NCBI GenBank assembly: GCA_965205485.1 | Contig: OZ242180.1 | Span: forward strand, 2,528,001-2,592,000 | DNA from: Candidatus Latescibacterota bacterium | Lineage (GTDB): Bacteria > Latescibacterota > UBA2968 > GCA-2709665 | Reading direction: 5' to 3' | Length of the DNA: 64,000 bases | In this document: positions 1 to 11,032 of the stretch, in pieces | Layout of the letters: each line of letters starts with the position of its first letter | Position numbering within the stretch: position 1 is the first letter of the stretch | The notes under the pieces: model-generated | What the model was told of the DNA's origin: nothing | The model's database searches: none | What the model saw: the letters and a program-made list of their open reading frames with translations, nothing else | Program-made: the position numbers and the translations under genes

Positions 1-3000
1 ATAACGTCAGGATTGTCGAAACCAGCAATCCGAAAAGGATGACGTTCGCCAGAGGCGACCAGAGGGCCGACTTCCCTCCGATGCCGATCGCCATGGGCAG
101 CAGGCCCGATATTGTCGTGACCGACGTCAGGATGATCGGTCGCAGCCTCAGTCGTCCCGCGTTGACGATGCTCCGCCAGATGTTCGTCACGGAGCCGTCC
201 TTTCTGCGCCGCCTGTTGATGAATGCGACCATGACAATGGCGTCGTTTACAACAATACCCGCCAGCCCGACAAACCCGAACATCGCGGTCAGACTGAACG
301 GATTCCCCGAAATCAGCAGGCCGAGCAGCGCGCCGATGATCGCGAACGGCACGGCAGTCAGGATGACCAGTGGCTGCGCGTACGAGTTGAACTGCGACCC
401 GAGAATCACAAACATCAGGATCACGCTGATGACGAAAAGAGCCGCGATATCTTCGAACGCTTCCATGAAATCCGTGAACTCGCCTCCGATCACGAAGCTC
501 ACGTCGGAATAGTGCGCCTCGATCGACGGAAAGATCTCCAGCATTCTGGCGTTGATCCGCTCCAGTGACGTCTCGGATTCATCGACTTCCCCGGTGACGA
601 AAATGGTCCGCTTCTGGTCGAAGCGCTGAATCTGCGTCCGGCCCGGACCGATCGAGAACGAGACCATGTCCCGCAGCGCCACCGTCCCGCCGCTCGAGTT
701 CGTTACCTGCACGTTCAGCACGTCTTCTACGGCCGACCGTTCCTTCCGGTCGTACTGCACGATGACGCCCACCTCTTCGTCTCCGTCCCTGAATTTCGTC
801 GCCTCGACGCCGTCGAACGCGTATCGGACGTTCAAAGCGACCTCCCGCGCCGAGAACCCGTACAGGGCCGCGCGCACTTCGTCCACTTCGATCCGGATCG
901 CGTCCTTGCCCGGCGGGAAATCGTCGGTCACCTCGAGCGTGCCCGGGATCCGGCGCAGCGAGTCCTGAAGCGCAAGCGCCGCTTCCTTCATCCGATCGAG
1001 ATAGCGGCCCTGGACCTTCACCGAGATGGGTTTGCCCTCAGGGGGGCCGCCGGTGAATTTTTCGAAGACGACGGACGCGGGCCCGGCGATGTGCTCCGTG
1101 CGCTCCCGGAGCACGGCGATCAGGTCGTCCGACACGCTTGCGCGCTCTTCCCTGGGCTTCAGCTGTACGATGACCTGGGATACGCTCTTTCGGGTCACCC
1201 ACTCGGTGTTGCTCTGCAGCAGGCCGACGTTGGTGACCACGCCCGCGACGTCCTCATCGGAAAGCCGGAGCGCCTCGGCCTCATAGGCGCGGGTGACGCG
1301 GTCCGACTCCTCCAGGCTGGTTCCCTCAGGGAATTTGATAAGCACCTTGAACGCGTCGAATTCCTCGCCGGAATAGAAATCCACCCCGAGAAGCGGGATG
1401 AGCATCAAAGCGCCGGCCAGCACGGCGACAAGGCATCCGATGACCCAGTAGCGCCGCCGCAGCATGCGGACGAGCAGGCGACCGTAGATCCGGCGGAGCC
1501 TCCTGAAGAACGGCTGTTCGCCCCGCTTGTGGGCATTGGACCGCCGGGTCCATTCCGCATAGTGGGAGGGCAGAAGGACGAACGCCTCGAAAACGGATGC
1601 GGCCAGCGCCAGCGCGAAGGTCAGCGGGATGACGCGCATGAACTTGCCCATCACGTCCGGCAGAAGGATCAACGGAAGGAAAGCGGCAACGTTGGTGCCC
1701 ACCGAGCTGAGGATCGGCTTTGTCACTTCGTCCGTACCGAGGACCGCGGACTCGCTGGCGCTGCGGCCCCGCAGCCGGTACCGGTGACAGTTCTCGATCA
1801 CGATGATGGCGTCGTCCACGATGATGCCGAGCACCATCACCATGGCGAACAGCGTACTCCCGTTGATGGTGTACCCGGAAAAGCTCAGTAGAATGAAGGT
1901 AATGAAGAATGAGACGGGGATGCCGAGTGTCGCGAGGAAGGCGTTCCAGGACCCCAGGAAGAGCCACAGAACGAGTGATATGAGGATCATCCCGGTGATT
2001 GCGTTGTTCCGGAGCGCATCGATCACCCGGTTGATGTACACGGAATTGTCGTCCGTAAAGCTGAAGCTGATTCCGTCCGGTACCCGTCCCTCATAGCGGC
2101 TGACCGTTTCCTTGACCGCCATGATGACGTCGTTCGTATTGGCGTCGGTCGTCTTCGACAAAGAGAAGGTGATTGAAGGTTCGCCGTTCAAACGGGAAAG
2201 GACCCTGGGCTCTTCGCGGCGGTCGGTGACTCTCGCGACGTCACGGATTCTCACAGTCTCCCCGCCCGGCGCCGCCCGGATGATGGTCTCGCGAATCTCC
2301 TCCACGCTCCGGTATTCGGCCACGGACCGGATCGCGTATTCCTTCGCACGGTAGGTGAGGGTACCCCCGGGCACGTTCAGGTTCCTCGCCTGCAGCGCCC
2401 GGACCACGTTCAGGACCGACAGACCGCGGGCTGTCAGCCGGGTGGGGTCCACCTCGATCCAGATTTCTCGCTCGGGGAGTCCGGAAACCTGGCTCCTGGC
2501 GACACCCGATATATTCTTCAGGTCCTCTTCGAGATCCTCAGCGACAATCTGCGCGTTCTCTTCCGGAATCGTGTATGCCATGTTGACCGTGAGAATGGGC
2601 AGGAAATCGCCGCTGTCGAAGTCATCCACGTCCGGGTCCTCGGCCTCTTCCGGAAGGTCCACCCGGTCGATGCGCGCCTTGAGGTCCGTGTAGATCTCCC
2701 TGAATTCAGACTCCGACATGTCTTCGAACTTGACCAGGAACAGGGCAAGCCCTTCGGCCGCAGAGGACTGCAATTCATCCAGCTTGTCCAGATCGTGGAT
2801 CTCCGCTTCGACGGGTTCTACAATCAGGCTCTCCACCTCTTCAGGACTCGCGCCCGGGTACGGAATCGAGACAATCACCCAGTTGAAGTCAATCTGAGGG
2901 TTCAATTCCTGCGGCATGCTGACGAGACTGACGGCGCCAAAACAGAACAGTCCGACCATGACCAGGTTCACAAAAACCGGATTTCGGACCGAAAATTTCG

Positions 3001-3010
3001 CTATCGACAT
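1..3010 (-). CDS. RND efflux transporter permease subunit (AcrB/AcrD/AcrF family), 3' end outside window
   Basis: Manual translation from ATG at 3010: MSIAKFSVRNPVFVNLVMVGLFCFGAVSLVSMPQELNPQIDFNWVIVSIPYPGASPEEVESLIVEPVEAEI..., later GIIVDDAIVIIEN and GIVVNDAIVMV motifs. Absent from the ORF track because no stop lies in the window. Follows the MFP and TolC genes. Confidence 0.93.
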   Translation of the reverse strand, partial: MSIAKFSVRNPVFVNLVMVGLFCFGAVSLVSMPQELNPQIDFNWVIVSIPYPGASPEEVESLIVEPVEAEIHDLDKLDELQSSAAEGLALFLVKFEDMSESEFREIYTDLKARIDRVDLPEEAEDPDVDDFDSGDFLPILTVNMAYTIPEENAQIVAEDLEEDLKNISGVARSQVSGLPEREIWIEVDPTRLTARGLSVLNVVRALQARNLNVPGGTLTYRAKEYAIRSVAEYRSVEEIRETIIRAAPGGETVRIRDVARVTDRREEPRVLSRLNGEPSITFSLSKTTDANTNDVIMAVKETVSRYEGRVPDGISFSFTDDNSVYINRVIDALRNNAITGMILISLVLWLFLGSWNAFLATLGIPVSFFITFILLSFSGYTINGSTLFAMVMVLGIIVDDAIIVIENCHRYRLRGRSASESAVLGTDEVTKPILSSVGTNVAAFLPLILLPDVMGKFMRVIPLTFALALAASVFEAFVLLPSHYAEWTRRSNAHKRGEQPFFRRLRRIYGRLLVRMLRRRYWVIGCLVAVLAGALMLIPLLGVDFYSGEEFDAFKVLIKFPEGTSLEESDRVTRAYEAEALRLSDEDVAGVVTNVGLLQSNTEWVTRKSVSQVIVQLKPREERASVSDDLIAVLRERTEHIAGPASVVFEKFTGGPPEGKPISVKVQGRYLDRMKEAALALQDSLRRIPGTLEVTDDFPPGKDAIRIEVDEVRAALYGFSAREVALNVRYAFDGVEATKFRDGDEEVGVIVQYDRKERSAVEDVLNVQVTNSSGGTVALRDMVSFSIGPGRTQIQRFDQKRTIFVTGEVDESETSLERINARMLEIFPSIEAHYSDVSFVIGGEFTDFMEAFEDIAALFVISVILMFVILGSQFNSYAQPLVILTAVPFAIIGALLGLLISGNPFSLTAMFGFVGLAGIVVNDAIVMVAFINRRRRKDGSVTNIWRSIVNAGRLRLRPIILTSVTTISGLLPMAIGIGGKSALWSPLANVILFGLLVSTILTL

Positions 3011-3055
3011 ATCAGGAATGCCTCACGTATCAACACCTTCCGACGGCACTTATAC

Positions 3056-4165
3056 TCACCTCGCGGCGCGAACGGTCACATGCGTTGCGACGCCCAGGCG
3101 GTTCATGCCCTCCACGACGATTGAATCCCCCTCCTCGAGGCCCGCTTCCACGGCGACGTGGGCGCCGAAGGTTTCCCGCGTTTCCACCTCGGTGAGCCGC
3201 GCGATGCCGTCCCCTATCCGGTAGACGTACTCCTTGCCGTCCCTGGCGACCACCGCGTTGCCGGGTACGACGAACTGAAGACCTGAACCCCCCAGAATCA
3301 CCCGGCAACGGGCCGCCATTCCCGCGCGAATCGTCATGCCGGGCGTATTCGGCAGGTGGACTTCCACGGGAAACGCGCCTGTATCTTCCTCGGCCTGAGG
3401 GGAAACGTAACGGACGTGCCCATCGAAGGTCCGGCCTCCCAGCGCGTCGACGGTGATGCGTACTGACCCGCCCGGCGTTACGCGGCCGATGGCGGCCTGA
3501 GGGATGCCGAGGCTGATCTTCATCGTTGTCAGATCGACCACCCGGTACGCGGCTCTACCGACCGACATCATCGCGCCCAGTTCGACGTGCTTCCTGGATA
3601 CCCATCCGTCGATCGGGCTGGTCAGCCGCGTGTCTTCGAATTCTTTACGGGCGCGACTCAGCTCCGCCTGGTTCGATTTCAGTTCGGCTTCCGCGGATTT
3701 GACGGCAAACCGGGACGTCTCGAACGCCAGCCTGGAAATGTCCCCCGAGTCGAGGAGTTGACGGTCGCTCTCGAAATTCAGCCGCGCGATCTTCAGTTTG
3801 TTCCGGGCGGAGAGGACCTGCGCCTTCGCGTGTTCCAGCCGGCTTGCGGCCACGCGGTCGTCGATGAACGCGAGGGTATCGCCCGCCGCCACGCGATGAC
3901 CGACGCCAACCGGTACGCGGGTCAACCGGCCGCCGGCCTCCGCCACCACGTCCACCGCCCGGTGCGGCGCGATCACGCCGGTGACCTCAACGGCCTCTTC
4001 AACGTGTTCCTGCTGTACAACCCTGGCCCTGACCGGGACCGCCCGCACCGTATCCACACCGGGGTCGGCCGTTACGCCGGAATCGGCGTCCTCCTGCGGC
4101 GCGCACGAAATCACGCAGAAGCAAAGCGCGAGTCCTGCGCAGATGACTGCATCCCTGTATTTCAT
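3056..4165 (-). CDS. RND efflux periplasmic adaptor (membrane fusion protein)
   Basis: 369 aa with lipoprotein-like N-terminus, lipoyl motifs (VGVGHRVAAGDTLA; LTSPIDGWV) and a coiled coil; lies between TolC and AcrB. Confidence 0.92.
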   Translation of the reverse strand: MKYRDAVICAGLALCFCVISCAPQEDADSGVTADPGVDTVRAVPVRARVVQQEHVEEAVEVTGVIAPHRAVDVVAEAGGRLTRVPVGVGHRVAAGDTLAFIDDRVAASRLEHAKAQVLSARNKLKIARLNFESDRQLLDSGDISRLAFETSRFAVKSAEAELKSNQAELSRARKEFEDTRLTSPIDGWVSRKHVELGAMMSVGRAAYRVVDLTTMKISLGIPQAAIGRVTPGGSVRITVDALGGRTFDGHVRYVSPQAEEDTGAFPVEVHLPNTPGMTIRAGMAARCRVILGGSGLQFVVPGNAVVARDGKEYVYRIGDGIARLTEVETRETFGAHVAVEAGLEEGDSIVVEGMNRLGVATHVTVRAAR

Positions 4166-5574
4166 TCTGACTCCACGATTTCCTCGACCAGATCGTCGAG
4201 GCCGCCCATCAGGTAGCTCAGCTCGATCACCGCCGAGGTGAGGTCGAATTGTGTCGTAATCTCCAGCAATCTGGCGTTCTGCAGGTTCAGCTTCGCGTCG
4301 ATCACGTCCAGGTTCGATACCCGTCCCATTTCCTTTTCTCGGGAGACGATCCGGTAGTTGTTCTCGTTGAAGTCCAGGCTGGTCCTGATCAGCTCACGCT
4401 GGGTCTTCAGATTGACGATCCGGTTGACCGTCTCGCCGAGCGTCTGCCGCGTTTCGTCGACCAGGTCGGAGAAGCGTGTGTCCTGGGCGCGGTAGCTGTA
4501 TTGCGCGGACTTCAGCCGCGACAGATTGCGGAACCCTGTGAACAGCGGCACCGACAGATTGAGCATGACCGTCGAGGGTCTGTATTCGTCCAGCGCCGGC
4601 GTATCGTTTCTCCGCCAGGCCGTGGAATAGCTGAGAGATACGTCGGGAAGATAGCTCGAATACTGCCCGCGGTACACAAGGCGGCTGCGTTCGCGGTCCT
4701 GTTCGGCGGCCGCAAGCATGGCGTTTCCGTCCACCAGCGTGCGGCTGTCGACGCCCGCAAGCTTCCGGATTTCCGCTTCAGACAGGCCCGCCACCCGCGT
4801 TACCTCTGCCTCGAGCCGGTCCGGGACCCGGTCTGCCAGCGCATCGGCGTGCAGCGTTCGGAGGTTGAGCAGCCTGCGCAGGCGGACTGTTGCATCGCGC
4901 AACGCGGACTCGCCCGCGGCCACGCTGCTCTTCTGTCCCTGGTGTTCCACCTGCCACCGCAGCAGGTCCAATTTCGAATATCTGCCCGCGCGGTGCATCC
5001 TCTGGGCCTTCTCGACGTTCAGCCCGGTGAGGACGAGGAACTCACGCTGCAATTCTAGCATCGCGCCGCGTTTCAACACTTCCAGGTACCCGGAAGTGAC
5101 CTGGAGCAGGATCCGGTCCCGTATGGCTTCCCGGGTCCGCTCGGCCGCGGCCTGTCCGGTGGTTGCAACGGAAAGGCCGTTGATCAGCTCCGCGTCGAAG
5201 ATCGGAATATGCGCCTGGAACGACGAGTAGTAGGAGGTGCGGAACGCCACTCGCGGTACCGGGATTTCGGGAGGGAAATACCGGGAGAAGTCCCGCTCCG
5301 CCAGGGTCTGTTCGTCAATCCGCGTCACCTCCGTGTTGAAGCTGACCCGCGGCGCGAACTGCGACCATGCGTTCCGGCGGTCCCAGTTCGCCTTCTCCGC
5401 CGCGAACCCGGCGGCCTGCAGTTCGCGGTTGCTGGAGAGGGCCTGCCTCAGACACGCCTCCAGGGTCAACCGGGACCCGTCCGCGGCACTCGCTTCGCAG
5501 GGTACGGCAGAGAGACACAGTAAAGAGCCAATTAAGATTAGCGCTTGCCGACGGAGGTCTGATACATATCTCAT
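4162..5574 (-). CDS. TolC family outer membrane efflux protein
   Basis: 470 aa with signal peptide, LTLEACLRQALSSNRELQAA start and two OEP repeats (PRVSF/PDVSLS; NLSVPLFTGF); 4-bp overlap with the MFP gene. Confidence 0.92.
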   Translation of the reverse strand: MRYVSDLRRQALILIGSLLCLSAVPCEASAADGSRLTLEACLRQALSSNRELQAAGFAAEKANWDRRNAWSQFAPRVSFNTEVTRIDEQTLAERDFSRYFPPEIPVPRVAFRTSYYSSFQAHIPIFDAELINGLSVATTGQAAAERTREAIRDRILLQVTSGYLEVLKRGAMLELQREFLVLTGLNVEKAQRMHRAGRYSKLDLLRWQVEHQGQKSSVAAGESALRDATVRLRRLLNLRTLHADALADRVPDRLEAEVTRVAGLSEAEIRKLAGVDSRTLVDGNAMLAAAEQDRERSRLVYRGQYSSYLPDVSLSYSTAWRRNDTPALDEYRPSTVMLNLSVPLFTGFRNLSRLKSAQYSYRAQDTRFSDLVDETRQTLGETVNRIVNLKTQRELIRTSLDFNENNYRIVSREKEMGRVSNLDVIDAKLNLQNARLLEITTQFDLTSAVIELSYLMGGLDDLVEEIVESE

Positions 5575-5655
5575 GTAGAGGACTCCTATTGCGGTCTAGA
5601 GTTATTCATCCGCAATACGATCGGTGGAAATGAATGCGCAAGCCAGTATCTCGAT

Positions 5656-5752
5656 CCAATCACCCCCCCTTGAGGGGGAGTCGCAGAAGCCGAGCCGTTC
5701 CCTGAGCTTGTCGAAGGGCCCGGCGACAGCTGATGCGGTGGGGGGTGTCAAT
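5656..5752. repeat. Family A intergenic element (CCCCCCTTGAGGGGGAG...CCTGAGCTTGTCGAAGGG...GCTGATGCGGTGGGGGG)
   Basis: Near-identical copies at ~6109-6215, ~6380-6445 (partial) and ~9494-9610; the core CTGAGCTTGTCGAAG recurs at 31851 and 31907. Confidence 0.85.
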
Positions 5753-5782
5753 GCCTTACCGAATGCAGCCAGCGTACAGCCG

Positions 5783-5998
5783 TCAGCCCATCTTGTACGC
5801 GCGTACAGGCAACGCCTTCGTCTCAAGTGTCGAAAGATCGAGGCGCCGGGAAGCCGCGTCGATATCGAAGCCTACGACGTCCCCGTTGGCGTCGAGATCG
5901 ACGTTCAACCCGTTCGCGACTTCTCGCGTCTCCGTGCCCGGACCTGATTTAAACTCGACATACAGGCTATCGGTTTCGGGATAATAGTGGAGCTTCAT
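5783..5998 (-). CDS. DUF2283 domain protein (putative antitoxin)
   Basis: MKLHYYPETDSLYVEFKSGPGTETREVANGLNVDLDANGDVVGFDID matches the typical DUF2283 pattern. Confidence 0.85.
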   Translation of the reverse strand: MKLHYYPETDSLYVEFKSGPGTETREVANGLNVDLDANGDVVGFDIDAASRRLDLSTLETKALPVRAYKMG

Positions 5999-6108
5999 GG
6001 CGGTTTATTTCGAAAGGGGTCCTATACAACTTTTCACCATGGTGCGGTTTCGCTTAGTTCAAGCACGACCAAATAGATGAGAATAACGCTCGGGCCAGCA
6101 TTACAGTC

Positions 6109-6445
6109 CAATTACTCCCCCCTTGAGGAGGAGTCGCAGAAGCCAAGCCGGTCCCTGAGCCGTTGTCCTGAGCTTGTCGAAGGGTTGTCGAAGGGCCCGG
6201 CGAAGGGTCGAAGGGCATTTGGATAGCGGGCATTTCGACAAGCTCAATGACCACGCGTTATTTGGTTTTTTGGACGTTATAAAACCGGTGTTGGGAGACC
6301 CATTACCTGCCCAGCGCCGGTCCCTGAGCCTGCTTGCATTGAGCCTGTCGAAATGCCAAAGGTGCTGCCCTGAGCCTGCGGTCCCTGAGCTTGTCGAAGG
6401 GCCGTAGGGTCCCGGCGACGGCTGATGCGGTGGGGGGTGTCAATA
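6109..6445. repeat. Cluster of family A elements / CTGAGC(TTGTCGAAG) sub-repeats
   Basis: Multiple direct and inverted copies of CCTGAGC...TGTCGAA between the DUF2283 and AAA genes. Confidence 0.8.
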
Positions 6446-6541
6446 CCGTCTTCCAGTGTGCGTCCATATGTCGGTTTCATAGGCGTCCAATTGTCGATTA
6501 ACTGTGCGTCCATTTGTTGGCTTTATGTGCTTGGCCAGTCC

Positions 6542-7789
6542 CTACCGCTCCCACAATTCGCTCAATGGCACCGCGAGCATGCGCCTGTCGGCAAGCGGAA
6601 GACAATCGCGCCCGGCGTAGAGCAGCACGCCGGATACAAAATCCCCGCCGCAGCGGTCCGCGAGCCGAACAAGCCCCTTGCCGTCTCCGGGGGCGAGCGT
6701 ACGGGCGGCTTTGACTTCGATGCCCCATGTCTTCTGACCCCGGGTGATGACCAAATCGACTTCCACCCGATCCTTGTCTCTATAATGCCAGAAACGCAAA
6801 TCCGGTTCCGTCCATGTGGCCTGGGCAATGAGTTGCTGCACCACAAAGGACGCCAACAGATGTCCCATGCGGTCCCTCCTGCCGAGCCAGTCGTACGCGG
6901 TCAGGTCGGCGAGGGTTGCAGCCAGCCCGGTATCGACGAGATGGACCTTGGGCGATCTGATGAGCCGTTTGGCCGGGTTCCGATGCCACGAGGGCAGGCG
7001 TCGCACCAAAAAGAGCCGCTCAAGCACGGCAATGTAGTGATCCACCGTCGACCGGTGCAGCCCGAGGGTATCGGCCAGATTGCTGGCGTTCAATAGTCCG
7101 GCGCTGCGAAGGGCCAACAGCTCCAACAGGCGGCCCAGTTCGTGCGCATCTCTTACCCGCGCCACGTCCCGTACGTCCCGATCGATAATGCTGCGCAGAT
7201 ACTGCCTGTACCATTGCCGGGAGCGCACGGGCGTTCGCGTCAGCGGCTCGGGGTATCCGCCGGCGACCAGTCGGTCCGGCAGTGTCGGCCCTTCGGACGC
7301 CGACTCAGGCCGGATGCCCGGCTTGATCGCGCCGTTGAGCAGGTCGCTGAGGAAGTGGCCTGGCGCGTGCGCTTTTTCGGATTCCGTCAATGGATGCAGC
7401 TGAGCGATTTCCATCCGTCCGGCAAGGGATTCAGTTACGGTGGGCACCATCAACAGATTGGCCGAGCCGGTCAGCACGAAACGACCGGGACGGCGGTCCT
7501 GGTCCACGACGTTTTTGATGGCGGGGAGCAGCGCCGGCGCCCGTTGCACTTCGTCAAGCGTCACCGCATCCGGCAGGCTGGCGACGAAACCCGCCGGATC
7601 CGCCAGGGCGGTCTGATGGTAGTTGTGCTCGTCCAGGCTGACGTATGCGCGGTCGGGCGCGAGTTGTCGCACAAGCGTCGTTTTCCCGCTTTGCCGCGGT
7701 CCGAGTACGCAGACAACCGGCGTGTCGGCCAGCGCCTCCCGGACGACGGGTTCCAGCGAGCGGGGTAACAGGGAACGACTGGCGTCCAT
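6542..7789 (-). CDS. AAA+ ATPase with DUF4143 domain (COG1373 type)
   Basis: Walker A GPRQSGKT, Walker B LDEVQ, LTGSA and ESLAGR motifs, C-terminal EVDLVI...IEVK nuclease-like motif. Confidence 0.92.
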   Translation of the reverse strand: MDASRSLLPRSLEPVVREALADTPVVCVLGPRQSGKTTLVRQLAPDRAYVSLDEHNYHQTALADPAGFVASLPDAVTLDEVQRAPALLPAIKNVVDQDRRPGRFVLTGSANLLMVPTVTESLAGRMEIAQLHPLTESEKAHAPGHFLSDLLNGAIKPGIRPESASEGPTLPDRLVAGGYPEPLTRTPVRSRQWYRQYLRSIIDRDVRDVARVRDAHELGRLLELLALRSAGLLNASNLADTLGLHRSTVDHYIAVLERLFLVRRLPSWHRNPAKRLIRSPKVHLVDTGLAATLADLTAYDWLGRRDRMGHLLASFVVQQLIAQATWTEPDLRFWHYRDKDRVEVDLVITRGQKTWGIEVKAARTLAPGDGKGLVRLADRCGGDFVSGVLLYAGRDCLPLADRRMLAVPLSELWER

Positions 7790-7985
7790 TTGTCGGATTC
7801 GATAGCGTCCAATTGCCGGTTAAGAGAGCGTCCATTTGTCGAATAACTGCGAGGTGGAAATATACAGGAAAGGGACGCGAACGTCAAGAAAAGTGTCTGT
7901 CTACGTCGCAGCCGGCCGACCACGACGCGGCGTGCCGGCAAAACCTCGTTTACCGCAAGGGCGAAAGCAATCAGCGTTTTGCTAG

Positions 7986-9127
7986 TTACTGTTTCCCAGT
8001 CTCGCCCGCCAGTGTCGCGACCGCTTCAACCAGCGTATCCAGCTCCGAGTCGCTGGTGTAGAACGCCACCGAAATCCGCACACCGGAAGGTGCGTTGATG
8101 TTGGTCGCCCGTTGGGCGATTTGCCAGCGGTTCCGGAGCGCGTCAGAGACTTCGTTCCCATCCATGCCCTCGACAGAGAAAGCGACGATGCCGGTCCGGG
8201 TTTCGGCGCGGCGTGAGCCGTTGATCCGCACGCCGGGAATGGCGTCCAGGCGTTCGCGCAGCGATTCCGCCTTTCGTCCCGCCTCCGCGGCGATGGGCTG
8301 CGGCCCGCCGATGCCGGCCAAAAAATCGAGCCCCTCGCCGAGACCCAGGTAGAGCACGCTCGCCGGCGTTCCCATCTCGTACTGCCGGGCCGTACCATCG
8401 GGAGCGTGCGGTCGCCGCAGCGGCTTCAAAAATGGCTGCGCGCCTTTCCTCACATAGAGAAAGCCGGTACCCTTCGGCGAGAGCAACCACTTGTAGCCGT
8501 TGGTGGCGTAGAAGTCGCAGCCGATTTCATGCAGGTCCACCGGAAATTGCCCGAGGGCCTGGCAGCCATCCCAGAGCGTGAAAATGCCGCGGGCCCGCGC
8601 CAGCCCGCAGATCTCGCGGGCGGGCAACCGGGTCCCCCAATCCGTCGTGACATGGCTGAAACAGATCAGCCGGGTACGCGGGTGATCGTTTGCTCCACCC
8701 GGCGCAGAAAAAGGTCTTTATCCGGGTCGATTTCGACCACTTTGACGATCGCCCCTTCACGTTCCGCCAGACCCTGGGCGGCCTGAAGGGGTACCGGATG
8801 TTCCTCATTGGTTATGAGAACCTCGTCTCCCGGTTGCCACCGCAGCCCGCCGAGTACCATACCGTAACCTTCGCCGGTGCTCATCGTCAACGCGATTTCC
8901 CCTGCATCGGCTCCGAAGAAGGCGGCGATTTTGGCCGGCAATTCGTCCTCGGCCTCTCTCATTGCGGCGTACCAGTCGCTCGTACTGACGCTGCCGCTGC
9001 GCAACTGCTGATAGCCCTCGGCGACCGCCTTGTTCACACTGACCGGCGACAGACCGATTCCAGCGGTGTTAAGGTAAACGCCGTGCTTCAGGCCCGGTAT
9101 CTGGCCGCGAATCCACGCGATATCCAT
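7986..9127 (-). CDS. Aminotransferase class V-fold PLP enzyme (cysteine desulfurase/isopenicillin epimerase-like), frameshift near 8675
   Basis: VYLNTAGIG, EEHP, DGCQALG and NGYKWLLSPKGTG motifs split across two ORFs. Adding one C to a CCC run restores TITPRTRLICFSHVTT. Confidence 0.85.
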
Positions 9128-9222
9128 GGGCTGTCCTTTCTTCCTGACTACCGTATCAAGCTCGCCGCCATCTCCGATCGAAGGCAATCTGTCCTTGATC
9201 GCGACGTGATCCACCACGATCC

Positions 9223-9371
9223 GGAGCGAGGGCATCCTGCCCTCGAACTTCGCCTCACCCATCAATGTCCGCACCAGGGGATCGTTGCTTCCTTTGCATT
9301 CGAAATCATATCAGAAATGAATGCGCCAGGGCCTCGCGAATCAGCCGTCGAGGGCAGGATGCCCTCGCTCC
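9223..9371. repeat. Family B REP-like inverted doublet (GAGCGAGGGCATCCTGCCCTCG ... CGAGGGCAGGATGCCCTCGCTC)
   Basis: Palindromic arms in inverted orientation ~130 bp apart. Homologous copies at 44098-44242 and 53054-53204; single arm at 27690. Confidence 0.88.
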
Positions 9372-9493
9372 CGGGAACGCCGATTGGCACAACTGCTCAA
9401 TTGTCAGTCTTCGAGGGAACTCCCTGGCGTGGCTTCGCTATATTCAACCGCAACCAAATAGATGGAAGTCAACGTGCGAGTCCGTTTAACGGT

Positions 9494-9610
9494 CCAATCA
9501 CTCCCCCCTTGAGGGGGAGTCGCAGGAGCCAAGCCGGTCCCTGAGCACGTGCCCTGAGCTTGTCGAAGGGTGTCGAAGGGCCCGGCGACGGCTGATGCGG
9601 TGGGGGGAAT
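9494..9610. repeat. Family A element copy
   Basis: CCAATCACTCCCCCCTTGAGGGGGAGTCGC...GCTGATGCGGTGGGGGG, as at 5656. Confidence 0.85.
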
Positions 9611-9659
9611 ACGTCATCATACCGTATGCATGTCGTAGTCAGGCCGAATGCCGGAACCT

Positions 9660-9898
9660 TCAGGCGACGGATTCATACTCGTAAACCAGGGTCTCAATCA
9701 TGCGAACGGGTCGGCATCGCTCCCACACCGCTCGCTGCAAACGCTCAACGGTCTCCGGTGAGAAGTGCTTCTCGTCCGTCTCCACGTTGACTCGCGCCGG
9801 GACGTTTTCAATCAGGAAGAGCTTGCCCATCCAACTCAATGTGGTAGGTCACCCTTTTCTTCGACCAGCATCTCGTTCCATGCGCTGTCTTCAGGCAT
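9660..9898 (-). pseudogene. YgiT-type/MqsA-like small antitoxin with two +1 frameshifts
   Basis: Corrected reading: MPEDSAWNEMLVEEKVTYHIELDGKLFLIENVPARVNVETDEKHFSPETVERLQRAVWERCRPVRMIETLVYEYESVA*. Both extra bases are G in G runs, so the gene may really be intact. Confidence 0.75.
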
Positions 9899-10400
9899 CG
9901 TCCTCTCCCAACTCCGTCAGAAGCTGCCGTCCCCTGTCCGTCAGCCGGTATTTCTGCTTGCTGCTGGTCGGTTTGTCCGGTATGGTCATTTCCAGCCACC
10001 CGGAATCCATTAGCGGCTTGAGGTAGTTTGCCCGGAAAGTCTTCCGGTGCTTCAGTCCGAGGAACTCCATAATCTCATTTGCAAAGCGGGATCGCCTGCA
10101 ATGCCAGACAACCTGAGCGGTGACTCGTGCGGTGACTTGTGCGGTCAGGTCCTCCAGGGCGTCCGAAAGTATATGTAACATATTGTCCGGAAGGGTGTTA
10201 GAGTCTCCTTGCAGATTCCTGACAACTTGTGCGGTGACCTGGCGCCGACTTGGTGCCGATCTGGTGCCTTGACTCTTGCCCCACTCTTGCCTGACTCTTG
10301 CTTTGGCCCGGTGCGGGTTTCCAATTCTGAGGTTGGTCTGTGGATAATTGTTGTCACCAACGAGTCTGACACTTCGATCCGTGGCGCCGCCACTCTGCCC
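9891..10400 (-). pseudogene. C-terminal fragment with Fic-like C-terminal winged-HTH domain
   Basis: VTAQV repeats, then EIMEFLGLKHRKTFRANYLKPLMDSGWLEMTIPDKPTSSKQKYRLT; no N-terminal catalytic domain present. Confidence 0.7.
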
Positions 10401-10588
10401 TCGTGTCACGGGTCGCGAGATGTATCTGACGCCGATGCTGGAATTGAACGAGACCCCGAAAAGATCGCGTTTCGGAGTCTCAAATTAAGCAGTAGAAACC
10501 ATGTATGCGCGAAAGTTTGTTGAATGCCGAGTGGGAGACGCCAATACCGCGACTGGTATTAGATCAACCGTTGGCGACGGCCAGTGCA

Positions 10589-10991
10589 TTACCATGAAGG
10601 CGTCGAATTACGACGTTTCTCGCAGTAGACATCGACTATCACGTTCAGAGCGTGATTGATTTCTCCATGTTCGAAACGGCCGTGATGATTCTCGTAGAGG
10701 TACCTATAGTGCGTGTGCGAATCACGATGAGAACAAAAGACGTCACGCATGGGATACCGCTTTGCAGAAAACATCTCTTGTAGGTCTGGATTCAGGTTTT
10801 GCATGCCTGGCTGGTCTGCGCGTATCGAGTTGGGGCTCACCTTTCGCATTCTTGCTTCCAGTAATTCTCGTGTGTTCTCCCCAAGGGACTGGTACAAATT
10901 CAGTAAGTCATGGGATTGGACAGGGGTTTCGTTTTTTTCCCAGCACAGCAGCGCCTTCAGTGCGATTTCGGCCGCCAACGACAAAAGGATG
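10589..10991 (-). pseudogene. HEPN-like domain protein, 5' end cut by IS3
   Basis: SLAAEIALKALL...SHDLLNLYQSL resembles the HEPN E-x3-K / HDL pattern; the reading frame abuts the IS inverted repeat. Confidence 0.55.
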
Positions 10992-11032
10992 TGGAGTTGC
11001 TCCGGTTCAGTGGACGGTTTAGGGCTTTCGTA